NCBI GenBank assembly: GCA_951406725.2
Contig: OX597825.1
Span: 21,514,001-21,578,000, forward strand
Direction of reading: 5' to 3'
Length of the DNA stretch: 64,000 nt
Source: Octopus vulgaris
Taxonomy: Eukaryota
The first letter of the stretch is position 1; each line of letters starts with the position of its first letter. Positions 13,686 through 27,612 of this stretch are shown piece after piece. The notes below the pieces were generated by a model, which worked only from the letters and a program-made list of their open reading frames with translations, made no database searches and had not been told where the DNA came from. Position numbers and translations under genes: made by a program.

Positions 13686-15043
13686 TGAAAGGAGGAGAGA
13701 GCGAGAGAGTGAAAATAAATGGTTGATACTATTACTACATTTGAACTTTCTGTATTTCTACATCTCGTTTCTTGCCAGCAAGGTTGAAGTAGATTCGGTT
13801 GCTGCTTCTCGAATAATGATATATAGGATGTTGCGGGTGTTCTTTATGTAGTTTGCGAAAAAAAAGGTGGACACACAGACACACACACGAACAAGCAAAA
13901 ATGTATGCATACATACATACATTATAAAATTGAAGTAAATACAAACAATGGTATCTTGAAAGCATTTCATACATTCATTTCAGATCTGCGTAATATATAT
14001 TAGGAAATACAGCTCTTACGCAAAGAGTTTCTCAGTTGATAAGTTTCAAAATATAAACAAACTGATGGAATGTGTTCAATATATATGTTGTAAGGGCAGG
14101 AGAAATGTATATAAATTATATATATTTGATATCTATACATGTACATATTGTATATATATGTCTATAAATAGTATTCTTATATCTGTATAAATACACAAAC
14201 GTACACACATACATGTATATATATGATATAATCTCTTTTAAATTACCAGCGTCTTCATATAATGTTGATATATTCATTAAGTGAACACATCTCATTGAAT
14301 TTTGTCCGATTTGATTGTTCATATCTTTAGTTTCATTGGAAACTTATTCCAGTCCATTTGAATAAAATGTGAGACATTGATGAATAAAGATATTAATATT
14401 TAAATTAACCGTTATCTTAGTTCAAGGCTTTTTTTTTCCTGTTTACTCCAGTATTGTCTCCCGATTGATTAATTATTCTCGTTTCTGTAAGGTGTGAGAA
14501 TATTCAAATTATGAATTTAACGCTTCACAATAAAATTCAAATCTGAATTTCTGTTTAATATAGCAGAAATTCACTTTTAAATCAGTGTCTGTTTCATCTG
14601 TATTAACCCACTTAAGTTCTGATAATCAATTCTGAATGCAAAATATTACTCTTTCCTGTTTTCGGTAAGCAATTTGCTACAAGGTAGCAAATAGAAAGTA
14701 TTAAATGAAAATTATATCAAATTGGAAAAAAAAATAATAAATGCCGAGGGAAAAGCGTTGAAACACAAACAGCACAGTATTATACCTAAAATGTGCCAGG
14801 TTTTGCTAGTGGTTGCTTCGAAAGTGAGTTATAGTGGGAGAATGTTTCCTTAAAAAATAACTATTTCGTTATTTAATCCTGTTGCAACGCTGATTAAATG
14901 GGAACTGCATACCACTGCCGTCAGTGGGTTCAAAAACAAAGAAAGAAAACTAAACGTAATTCAAAAATTAAATTGCAAGTATTGTGGAGATTCAACAGGG
15001 CACAGTGTGCTGTAGATGTTGGAAGAGCTCTCGGTCTGTAATT

Positions 15044-15429
15044 GGAAGCACTCCGTCGGTTACGACGATGAGGGTTCCGGTTGATCCGAATCAACGGAAC
15101 AGCCTGCTCGTGAAATTAACGTGTAAGTGGCTGAGCACTCCACAGACACGTGCACCCTTAACGTAGTTCTCGGGGATATTCAGCGTGACACAGAGAGTGA
15201 CAAGGCCGGCCCTTTGAATTACAGGTACAACAGAAACAGGAAGTAAGAGTGAGTGAAAGTTGTGGTGAAAGAGTACAGCAGGGATCACCACCATCCCCTG
15301 CCGGAGCCTCGTGGAGCTTTTAGGTGTTTTCGCTCAATAAACACTCACAACGCCCGGTCTGGGAATCGAAACCGCGATCCTATGACCCCGAGTCCGCTGC
15401 CCTAACCACTGGGCCATTGCGCCTCCACA
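15044..15429 (-). mobile_element. tRNA(Arg-like)-derived SINE family C (resembles the octopus OR-type SINEs), full length with TSD
   Basis: Minus-strand head GGCGCAATGGCCCAGTGGTTAGGGCAGCGGACTCG...GTTTCGATTCCC (A and B boxes). TSD GTCTGTAATT at 15034 and 15430. Sister copies at 42235, 44704 and 63353. Confidence 0.85.
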
Positions 15430-15959
15430 GTCTGTAATTAACAGCTGTATGAATAATTCCCGATAATGCCGGTAAAAACAAACCTCATGCTGAACGCGTA
15501 TCTGTTTTAGGTGCTGTATTATTAATTAGAAATAGAAATGGTTTTTGGTAAGCAGTGTCGATATTTACATCTCTGTAAATAATAATAATTTTATAAATTT
15601 AAAGCTTATGTGGTCACCATGCAATGGCTAAAGAATATTATACTATTTTCTTTAGTCATTGCACGGTGATCGTTCATAAGCCTTGAGCTTATAAAATATT
15701 ATATATATATACACGTTATAGTTTATAGCTTTATCTACTCCGAGTTCCACCGTCAAAAGCGATTTCATTCATATCCATTGACGTTCCTTTAAACTCACGA
15801 CGTAAACTATATTTAATTTTCGTTGGTAAAAAACTACTTTTTCCATCTACGTGGTTTGTAACTTAATATTTATAACTTATAATATATAGTCTTATCTACA
15901 TCCAGTTCCACCGTTAAAGACGATTAATTTAATGTCTCTCGAAGTTTCTAATTCCAATG

Positions 15960-16880
<921 letters not shown>

Positions 16881-16984
16881 ATCCGTGGAGATTCGTTAAT
16901 AGTAATAGATATAACGTAGCTAATATGTCTTTCTTTCTCTTGTTATATTCTCTCTTAACGCTTAATCATTATTTTTAAATCCAG

Positions 16985-17082
16985 CCTGTAACTTCCAAGG
17001 AAAAGTATACCAAAATGGAACAGAATGGTTTTCAAATGTAATGCTTTTAGGAGAGCCCCACTGTGGGTCGTGCATATGCATG
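16985..17082 (+). CDS. chrd: Chordin exon: N-terminal half of CR4
   Basis: Acceptor ttttaaatccag, donor GTGGGT, phase 1 to 0 (same split point as CR3). Translates CNFQGKVYQNGTEWFSNVMLLGEPHCGSCICM. Confidence 0.88.
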
Positions 17083-18442
17083 GTGGGTAGATACTTTATT
17101 AAAACATTCTCATTGTTTTATTATTATTATCATTATTATTTTTGTTAATATTTGGCTATTCATTTATCCACGTGCTATTGCGGAAAAAATAGTCAATTGC
17201 TTGATATTTCGGCCACCAGATATCTTCATCAACATGTGAAAATCCTTGTTGACTTGATTAGTTGCGAGGGAAAAATCAATTATATCGAAATTATGGTTGA
17301 GGAAAAGATTCTGTAGGAAGCGTTAAACATACTAAATATGCATACGGTAGAATCAAATATATGTACTGCGAATTGAACCAACTTTCGTTACCTGATATTA
17401 CCTGTCATTGCATGAGAAAATGTCCATATAACTTTAATATCAACCAATTCAATTATTTCGAAAATAACGTCGAGTTCGAAAAGCGCATGTGTCTGTATCG
17501 TCTATAATTACCAAACACTTGTCTTGGATGACATCATCGGAGTTATCGCCATTACTGTTTACATAAAAAAAAAAAAACTAACCGTAACTTAATTCGCCTT
17601 CCTGGATATTGGTGTGTGATGCTGGATTACTTGAGGGGATGATTACCAAACGCCGTAGTCAAATTTGTAATAAACATCCCATTATATTTCCATAACAGTA
17701 TGTTTTTTGTGACAGGTGAGTTTTGATTTTGAAGACTTGCGGTCAACGCCATTGCAGCGTTTTCACTTCATCAACTGCAGTGTATCTACGATTACTTTAT
17801 CCGATGTGTCTTTTCTTTTTTAAAGTTTTAACAATTGCCTTATGTAATGATCCTAGTACTTTGTTTCTAAAGCCTGTTACTTAGTTTATCGGTTTTTTTT
17901 GCCGAGTCGCTAAGTTACGGGGACGCAGACATATCAATGCCAGTTGTCAAATGGCGGTGTGAACACAAACATAGAAACAAAGACACAAAGACACACAGAC
18001 ACACACACACACAACAGGCTTCTGTCAGTTTCCCTCTACCAAATCCACTCAGAAGGTCTTAATCGGGCCTGGGATTATAGAAGGAGATACCAAACCAAAG
18101 TGCCATGCAGTAAAACCGAACCCGGACTCAGGTGGTTGTGAAGCAAATTCTTACCACAAAGCCATACCTGTGCTGTAATTTATATTTATCATTCAAGTCC
18201 TTGCCTCGGGTGTTTGCACTCGATGTTACACACCCTGCGTCTGTTGACAGATAAGTACCGTTAAAATGACTACAACAGCAGTTCTGGAACGTATTTCGTG
18301 GAAGCTTTATGAGATTTTCCAAAAATCACGAAGTCGATATCTATAGTTTTACACACGGCCACCGACACCCTAATTTTAATAAGCCATGAAATGAAATAAA
18401 GCATATTTAATGACAGTCTATCTCTCTCTCTCTCTCTCTCTC

Positions 18443-18483
<41 letters not shown>

Positions 18484-18497
18484 CACACACACACATG

Positions 18498-18758
18498 TAC
18501 AAGGTGCGGTGAATATACTGTTGTCTTAATTACACAAAAATTAAAATAAGACTGACATCTCATTTTAACAGATATTCGTACCAAAATTACATAAAAATAT
18601 CCTCAAATAATAAAGAGTGCATTTATACAATAAAATTTCCATTGACTGTAGCCACCACCTCCAGACGAAGTCGAAATCTCCTGCAATTCTTCTGGATGGT
18701 CTCCTTTAAGTTGGCGAATGCTGTCATAAAATGGTGACAGTTTACCCATCTCTCCCTG
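18498..18758 (-). mobile_element. Tc1/mariner (maT/DD37D-like) deletion remnant
   Basis: Minus strand encodes MTAFANLKETIQKNCRRFRLRLEVVATVNGNFIV*, a transposase C-terminus; ends TA-CAAGG... / ...CCCTG. Confidence 0.55.
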
Positions 18759-19225
18759 TGTATATATGGATAATAAATTTTGTTTTGAAAATGATGAATA
18801 CCATTTGTTTTATAAAATAATTTTTTATCAATATTTCAAAGTTCTAGTTGTGTTATTTTTCACGAATCTCCCTAAATTTTTACGAAACCCCTGAAGATTT
18901 TCACGGAACCGTGAGATTCCTCGGACCCCGTTTGAGAAGCACTAGTTTTGAAGATATCAGAGCAAAACACCAAATGCGGTGGAGTAGTTAGTTTGTTTCG
19001 CTAACAATCATATGTCTGTGCGTTCGATTTATAGCTTGGGCGGTGCGTTATCTCCTTTAATAAAGCACTTTATTTCCCCTGAAAATGGAGAAGTACCAGG
19101 CCAGAGCTTGTGCAGTCTTCTCTCCCTCAATTTGTCTCATCGTCCATGTTCTAAATGTTTTCTTTGGACTACGTAATCACGTAAAAACAATTATCGATAC
19201 ATTGAATATGCTGTTCCATATCTTT

Positions 19226-19682
<457 letters not shown>

Positions 19683-20262
19683 TTATTTGTGATGTTATTG
19701 TTTTTACTACATTATATTTCTTTTCTTCGTAGACCCTCTCTTCTCGAGGCGTTGTTCTTCAGTATTCTATGCTTACGACACATTCGTCGATTACACAGTG
19801 CTCCTGTTGGCTACGTTTGTCAATTGTGCGTCTCCGTACACAAACTTAAATGAGTCCTAAGAGAGAGAGAGAAAAATACAGAGTTGGTTGTGTTAATGCT
19901 TTGTTCGTAATTGTAGAGAGCGCCAATCGCCAAGTCATTAAACACTATTTGAGCTGCCGTAGTTTTAATGTTAATCAGACTTATAGCTTTGGTTAAATGG
20001 ATCTCCATTCAAAGTTTGATTTCAGACCGCAGTTATTTTACTTGCTCCAATTCCGTTCTTATAAAATACGCGATGTTCCATTCTATTAAATGAACTTAGG
20101 CATTCGTGATGTTCTATTCTATTAAATGAACTTAGGCTAATGAACGAGGCTAATATAGTAGCTACATCATTTTTGTATATTTTGCTTGTTCTTAAAGACA
20201 CGCCATGTCATGTAAACGGTATCTGATTTCAAATGTTTTCTTTTTTCATTCTAAAAACACAG

Positions 20263-20356
20263 GAAGGAAAACCAAAATGCCGCTGGAATAAATGTCCGAA
20301 ACTTCGATGCAGAGCAAAAGTACGAAACAAAAATTCTTGCTGTTATAGATGCCAAC
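20263..20356 (+). CDS. chrd: Chordin exon: C-terminal half of CR4
   Basis: Acceptor ttttcttttttcattctaaaaacacag, donor GTAAGT, phase 0 to 1. Translates EGKPKCRWNKCPKLRCRAKVRNKNSCCYRCQ, completing the 10-Cys VWC domain. Confidence 0.9.
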
Positions 20357-20390
20357 GTAAGTTTGAAAGGAAATCAAATATTTCTTAAGA

Positions 20391-20423
<33 letters not shown>

Positions 20424-20485
20424 ACGCACGCACTCACACGCGCGCACACACACGCGCGCACACACAAACACACACACACAGGGCG

Positions 20486-21418
20486 AATAGCACCGCGAGT
20501 GTCACGTTGCTCTCGAGGAACTATGCCGTCCCGGGTCGACCTTGAGCGACTGCAACACAACCAAAGCATTCTATAGGGGATTAGTGGAGGGGTGGTGCAA
20601 TGATGATCTCGGGGCGAACCTGGGCGTCGACGAGGAATACCTGGTCCGCCTGTTCAAGACGGAGCCTATGGACAACTTCCAGAGATCCCTGGCCTGGCAG
20701 TGCTATCGAGAAACATTATCTGTTCAGGATAAGCTCTACAGGCATGGCTCGAGAAACAAGGCGACGAAACCGTTCTGCATGTACTCGTACAGTGTCCAAT
20801 CATTTCTAACCTGTGGGCCTTTGTCGAACGACTGCTATCGCATGTGGGACAAGTCAGTTTATCAACCGAGTCAATCATGAACATTGTCGCGCTCCTTCCT
20901 TGAAATGGGAAGGAAGAGCTTTTTTCATCGTACTTGTGGCTATGGCGAAAGAATGTGTATGGTGGACGCGTCTGAAAGGTCTAGAGACAAACACTTTCCT
21001 CTCTGGTGAATTTCTCATCAATTTCTTCAAGTATCACTTGAAGAGGAAAGGTGAGAATAGCGAGGGAGGTTTTGTCTTGTGAACTTTTCAAAAAAGAGAT
21101 GGGTGACTGTAGCAAGGATGGCACGTGTGACTATAGTCCTATGAGCATAGTCCTATGAACAGGAAAATGAAAGGAAAAAAGAGTCACTTACTGTAATGTG
21201 TTTTTTGCATGACATTATTGCCCGAGGTTTCCGTGGTCTTTTTCGTTGGCATTTCTTTCCCTGGATAAACCTAATCTGTTTCCCATTTTACACTATGACA
21301 CTTCTGTGATATTGATCGAAATTCTACCCCGACTTTTATTTCTTTCTTTCCCAAAAGGAAAAGATCTACTTTGTATTTTGTCTCCTCTGTATTCAGCCCT
21401 GTGTGGCCAATAAAGAAA
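20486..21418 (+). mobile_element. Tx1/L1-clade LINE, 5'-truncated and degenerate (zf-RVT region plus 3'UTR), in the last chordin intron
   Basis: Broken ORF TTKAFYRGL...NFQRSLAWQCYRETLSVQDKLYRHG..., then ...AMAKECVWWTR..., typical of the Tx1/L1 ORF2 C-terminus. Ends AATAAAGAAA next to (TCTA)n. Confidence 0.75.
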
Positions 21419-21420
21419 CA

Positions 21421-21585
<165 letters not shown>

Positions 21586-21588
21586 GCC

Positions 21589-21623
<35 letters not shown>

Positions 21624-21839
21624 ATGTATGTATGTCTGTCTGTCTGTCTATCTCTATTTGTCTGTCTGTCTATCTATCAGTTTAGCTGTCTGTCTCCTGT
21701 TTGTCTGTCTCTGTCTGTCTGTCTCTGTTTTTCTCTCTCTTTTTCTGTACATATACTGAGTTGAAATTTCAAGTGTTGTCAAAATGTTTTCAATTATAAA
21801 TTGTGAATATGCAATTAATATTTCTTTCTAATTATTTAG

Positions 21840-21886
21840 GAAAAAGAAAGAAATCGGACAATAAAACTGGACGGCGGAAACACTGA
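21840..21886 (+). CDS. chrd: Probable terminal coding exon of chordin (basic tail plus stop)
   Basis: Acceptor tttctttctaattatttag, phase 1. Translates (R)KRKKSDNKTGRRKH* with TGA at 21884-21886, followed by AT-rich 3'UTR-like sequence with AATAAA motifs from 21939. Confidence 0.7.
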
Positions 21887-22345
21887 AATTCCACAGTTGA
21901 TGGAAATAGAAAACCAAAAACCAAAAAAAAAAAATAATAATAAATAATAAATAAATAAAACAAAAAACAGCAGCAAAACAAAACAAAAGAAACAATACTT
22001 TTGATGAAGTTCAACAGCGAAATACAAAAAAGTGTTCAAATGAATTTCTAAAAAACAATACCAAATATAGTAAATAATTAATATTAAAAGAAAAAAAAAG
22101 GGGGGGTAAATGCAAGTACATTTACTGACGGTAAGAATAATACAATAAATGCAAGTACATTTACTGACGGTAAGAAAGGGAAGGGGGAATGAAAGAAAAA
22201 AAAAGAAAGACAATTCGTTACAGAGAATTTAATTAAAAAGACTAAATGAAACGATTGATCCACAAAAATCAAAACTGAACTCAGCAAAGCGATATACATA
22301 AGTACATACATGCATAATACATACATACATACATACATACATACA

Positions 22346-22379
<34 letters not shown>

Positions 22380-23798
22380 CATGCATGCATGCATACATAC
22401 ATATACACGTTTGTGTGTGTGTGTGTATATATATATATTTATATATATACATATACGTACATACACATACACACACATATATATATATATATATATGTAC
22501 ATACACACATAGACACACATATATATTTATATATATACGTACATACCTATATACACACACACATACATATATATATACGCACATACACATACATATATAT
22601 ACAAAGATATACACACACACGCACATATATATCTATGCACTCGCACACAAACGTTAAGAAGTCTTGACAAACGTGAAGGCTTCACTGATAACCAAGAGCT
22701 CTCTGGTAGCTGACATACCTCCCGATACAACTGGGGTATATTCAGCCCTACCAGGAAGCAAACGTGAAAAAACAATTGCAACAACATCAACACGAATGCA
22801 AGAAGAAGACAGGAGCCGAACTGAGTGGAAAAGAACGAACAATGCCAAAAATTATACAACGATAAAATAAAACAAATTTCATAACTCCATAGGTGTAAAT
22901 AGTTTCCGTAAATAGTCTTTGAATTTTTGAAATGAAGAGTTACTTCCCTTGGAAGATCTTCTTGCTTTTTATTACTGACGACTATACAAATAAGGTCGAA
23001 ATGTTAGTTATTTATAATAATATATTACATATTTACAATTCTTCCTTAGTGTCATAAATATATAAATTTTACCAATTTTTCCTCTGGATTGTTTTAATTT
23101 GCATTTTTTTCCATCATTCTATGAGAATATATTTGTTTTGATAATGTCAACACCGTAATATTAATGATTTTTATTTATTTATTTATTTTCACCGTTTAAT
23201 ATTTTTTGATTTATATTCATTAAATTAAGAAAAGAAAACGCAAATATTTTTACATATTTCAAAAGAAACTGCTGACATATTATCTCTGTAAAATATCGAC
23301 TGATATAATTTATATAACTTCATCTCCGATTCCACGTTACATTCTCTTTAACCATTTTATTACAGTATTTTTAATGAAATACACTGTGTGTGTTTCAATT
23401 AACTTTCAAGTTAATGAAAAATTTAGTGAAATAATTTTGTCATTATTAAGCTGGTGTTAGGAACATAAATTAACATCAAATTTATATGAAGTAATTTTAT
23501 GTAGATCAATTTAAAAGTAGAAGTTTCTAGCATAGAATCAAAGGTAGTCGCAAGCAGGCATGTCGGTATCAAAACGCTTAAGGTTATAAAGAAAGACATT
23601 TTGTGAGGATTTATGAAGTCAGTAAAATATTCATGATTATAGGAACCAGAGAAATAGTCTAGTATAATAAGTAAATGTCTTTGTGTATCAACAAGTGGAC
23701 ATGACCTTCTATGCTATTAAGTATCAAATTTCTCATAAATTGTAACCCAGAAACAAAGCTCTGTAATTGAGATTTACACAGCATCCCTTGGCTAGTCG

Positions 23799-23842
<44 letters not shown>

Positions 23843-23848
<6 letters not shown>

Positions 23849-24363
23849 CTACTTGTTAATCTGAGAGGAGGCAACGTGAGCAGCAACTAAAGGAACATTA
23901 CAAAATCCACAGATAGATCAAACACACACATATATTCATATATTCATTTATATCTACAGAACAGATATAAAGCCCGACGTTTAAAAATATGATATAATAA
24001 TATATAAATAAATAAACATCATATAAGATATATAAATATATAAGAATCAGTGTTGCATATAAAACGCATTGAATTTACTCTTAAAATCATAAAACATTTG
24101 GTAAAAATTTGTTAAATTATGATTTTAAGCGTAACTTCAATGTGTTTTATATGCAACACTGATTCTTATATATTTATATATCTTATATGATGTTTATCTA
24201 TTTATATATTATTATATCATATTTTTAAACGTCAGACTTTATATATGTCCTGTAGATATAAATGAATATATGAATATATGTATGTGTTTGATCTTTCTGT
24301 GGATTTTGTAATGTTCCTTTAGTTGCTGCTCCGTCGCCTCCTCAGATTAACAAGTGGTATATA
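23843..24363. repeat. Fold-back inverted repeat, about 250-bp arms with a 24-nt loop, flanked by (TA)n
   Basis: 23843-24092 is the reverse complement of 24117-24363 with scattered mismatches. Confidence 0.92.
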
Positions 24364-24443
24364 GCTCATTTGGAGCACTAAAATTCCAGTCTGTATTTTT
24401 TGGCGAGTATTGTTATCATTATCGATCTCAATATTTTGTATTT

Positions 24444-24588
<145 letters not shown>

Positions 24589-24884
24589 ATGTATATATGT
24601 ATGTGTAGGTATATGCGCAGGAGTGGCTGTGTGGTAAGTAGCTTTCTTACCAACCACATGGTTCCGGGTTCAGTCTCACTGCATGGCACCTTGAGCAAGT
24701 GTTTTCTACCATAGCCTCGGGCCGACCAAAGGCGGTGTGGTCGCAGAAGCGTTAGTGCGCAAGGCAAAGTGGTTAGCGCCATTTCGTCCGTCTTTACGTT
24801 ATGTGTTCAAATTTGAAAAATTATAATATATTATGATGAGACACGTGTTATTCTGTCTCTAACTTATATGTTAATGTTTTGGCG

Positions 24885-24957
24885 TAGCCACTGATGAGAA
24901 CTTCGCCTAGCAAATTATTTTACTTGCTAATTAAAGTTCGAAATCTAGGTATGGCTG
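24885..24957 (+). ncRNA. Type-I hammerhead ribozyme with canonical core
   Basis: TAGCCA-CTGATGA-GAACTT[cgccTAGCAAattattttacTTGCTAatta]AAGTTC-GAAA-TCTAGG-TA/TGGCTG. Stems I and II pair and stem III is quasi-palindromic; predicted GUA cleavage after 24951. Confidence 0.8.
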
Positions 24958-25335
24958 TAAAAAAACAAGGTAAATGGTAAATGTTTTCATTTTTCATTCA
25001 CTTCAAAATTGCTCTTAAATGTGGTTTTTGGACGTTTTGACTGCTCCTTCTAACATGTAAGACTTCCTGTTAAGGGTCACCTCTTTTATGTTTAAATGTA
25101 CAGTAATTGTATATATATCAAGTAAAGAGTAAAAGAGTAAAAAAGAAGAGTAAGTACGGTTAGACAGCTTTTTAATGATCACTACAAATGCTTCGATGCA
25201 TATAGATCTACGTATATATACAGGATTTAAATTTAAATTAAATTAGGTAACGATTTACCTCTGTAATAAGAGGTATCTTCTCGGGTGAACGAGCTCTATT
25301 TGTACTCTAATACGTTCTTAAAGGAAAATAGCTAA

Positions 25336-25403
<68 letters not shown>

Positions 25404-25910
25404 CTTAGCGGTTCGGCAAAAGTGGCTGATAGTATAAGTACAAGGTCAACAAAGAATAAGTCTTGGGGTCAATTTGCTCGACTAAAGGCGGTGCTCCAGC
25501 TTGGCTGCAGTCAAATAACTGAAACAAGGATAAGAATAAAAGATATATATATATATATATATATATGGTTCCGGGTTCTCTCAAGCTTCGCTGTTCGGCA
25601 AAAAAATCCAATTGACGCAATGCCTGGCTTAAAGAATAGGTATTGGGATCGATTCAGTCGAATACAGTTCTTGAAGGCTGTGCCACAACATGGTTGCAAT
25701 CTAATAACTAAATTAAATAAAAGATTGAAGATATCTCTATGTATAATTTCCTCCTGATGTCGATTCTGCTTTTTATTTCTCTAATGTAAAATAAAATATT
25801 CATTTATTATATACTGAATGATCAATAGGTTTCTTTCAGTTTCCGCCTACCAAATCGACTCACAAGGCTTACGTCAGCCTGAGGCTATAGTAGAGGACAT
25901 AACGCCTCCC

Positions 25911-25941
<31 letters not shown>

Positions 25942-26230
25942 GTATATATATATGTCTATATATATGTGTGTGTTTGTGTGTGTGTATGACTATATATATG
26001 TATCTGTATATATATATGTATGTATATATGTATATATATATATTTATATATATATATAAATATATATATAAATATATATAATATATATATATATTTCTAG
26101 TTTCAGCTCAGAGCTGCGGCCATGCTGATGCACCGCCGTATATTATATATATGTATATATATAATATATACATGTATATATATATATGTATTTGTATATA
26201 TATGAATATATATATGTATATGTGCGTATA

Positions 26231-26309
<79 letters not shown>

Positions 26310-26450
26310 TATGTATGTATATATGGAAATGTACTTGCATAGCAAGTGATCTGATATGAGATCGTATGCTGGAACGAAAACAAATGCAACGTGGAAGCCA
26401 TTTAAGAAACACACAAAAACCGTTAGATTCATTTCAACATTTAAATTTAA

Positions 26451-26502
26451 TTTGTCAAAATACTTTCGTCGCTTTGAGACCGCGACCTGTTCACTGACAA
26501 AA
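26451..26502 (-). ncRNA. Hammerhead-like motif with G3/C8 swapped core
   Basis: Minus strand: TTTGTCA-GTGAACA-G-GTCGC-ggtctcaaa-GCGAC-GAAA-GTAT-TT/TGACAAA. Confidence 0.6.
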
Positions 26503-26510
26503 CTCCGTAC

Positions 26511-26567
<57 letters not shown>

Positions 26568-26603
26568 TCATACATATATGTATATATGCATATATATATA
26601 TAC

Positions 26604-26646
<43 letters not shown>

Positions 26647-27066
26647 TATATGTGTGTGTGTGTATATATAAGTGTATATATGTATATAGGTTTATATATA
26701 TGCATAAATATATGTACATATCTATATATATGTATACATGTATATATATGTGCATATGTATATATATGTGTGTATACTTATATATGTATATATACATATG
26801 CATCTATATATGTATATATATATTTATATGTATATATATATGTATATGTATATATAGGTATATGTATATATATATATATATATATATGTGTGTTTATGTA
26901 TATATGTATATATATATGTATATATATGTATGTATATGTATATTGGTATGTGTATATGTATATATATATGTATGTATATATGTATATATATATATGTATG
27001 TATATATGTATGTATATATGTATATATATATATGTATGTATATATGTATATATATATGTATATATA

Positions 27067-27174
27067 CTTTATTTTAAGCAGCAGAAAATTCAACAAAATC
27101 TGTTACTCTGATGAACGGCAACGAGAAACTCAGAGTAACAGATTTTGTTGAATTTTCTGCTGCTTAAAATAAAG
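27067..27174 (+). repeat. Perfect 45-bp hairpin with a hammerhead core at its apex
   Basis: 27067-27111 is the exact reverse complement of 27130-27174; the apex reads CTGATGA-A-CG-GCAA-CG-A-GAAA-CTC-A-GAG-TA-ACAG. Confidence 0.85.
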
Positions 27175-27262
27175 CATATTACTCTACCACTGGTATTTGA
27201 GTACTCTTTTTTCCACCTTGTTTCACATTTATGTGTTTACTCCGTCTATATGTATATATATG

Positions 27263-27327
<65 letters not shown>

Positions 27328-27612
27328 TGGTTGTCTACTCCTCATGCAGAGTCTGACCACCTCCTTCACCTACACCTCAACATCATCATGGCGTCTGATG
27401 TGGCCTTTTAAAACAGACAATGTTCTGAAAGGACACCACATAGATTGGCCCACCAGAATATATATCTTTCTTAAAGTAGAATATGTGTGTGATATGTGTG
27501 AGTAAGCGTGCGCACGATTGTCAATGTATGTGAGTGGGCGTACATATGTATACGTATGTACACACACACACATATATTTATACATATAAGTGCGTGTGGT
27601 TGTGAGACTCTC

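Noticed and set aside
17200-17236. Minus-strand TTGATGA...GGCC-GAAA-TA-TC
   Set aside because: The core is mutated, the stems pair poorly and there is no second copy in the window; it may be a very decayed motif but I cannot support it.
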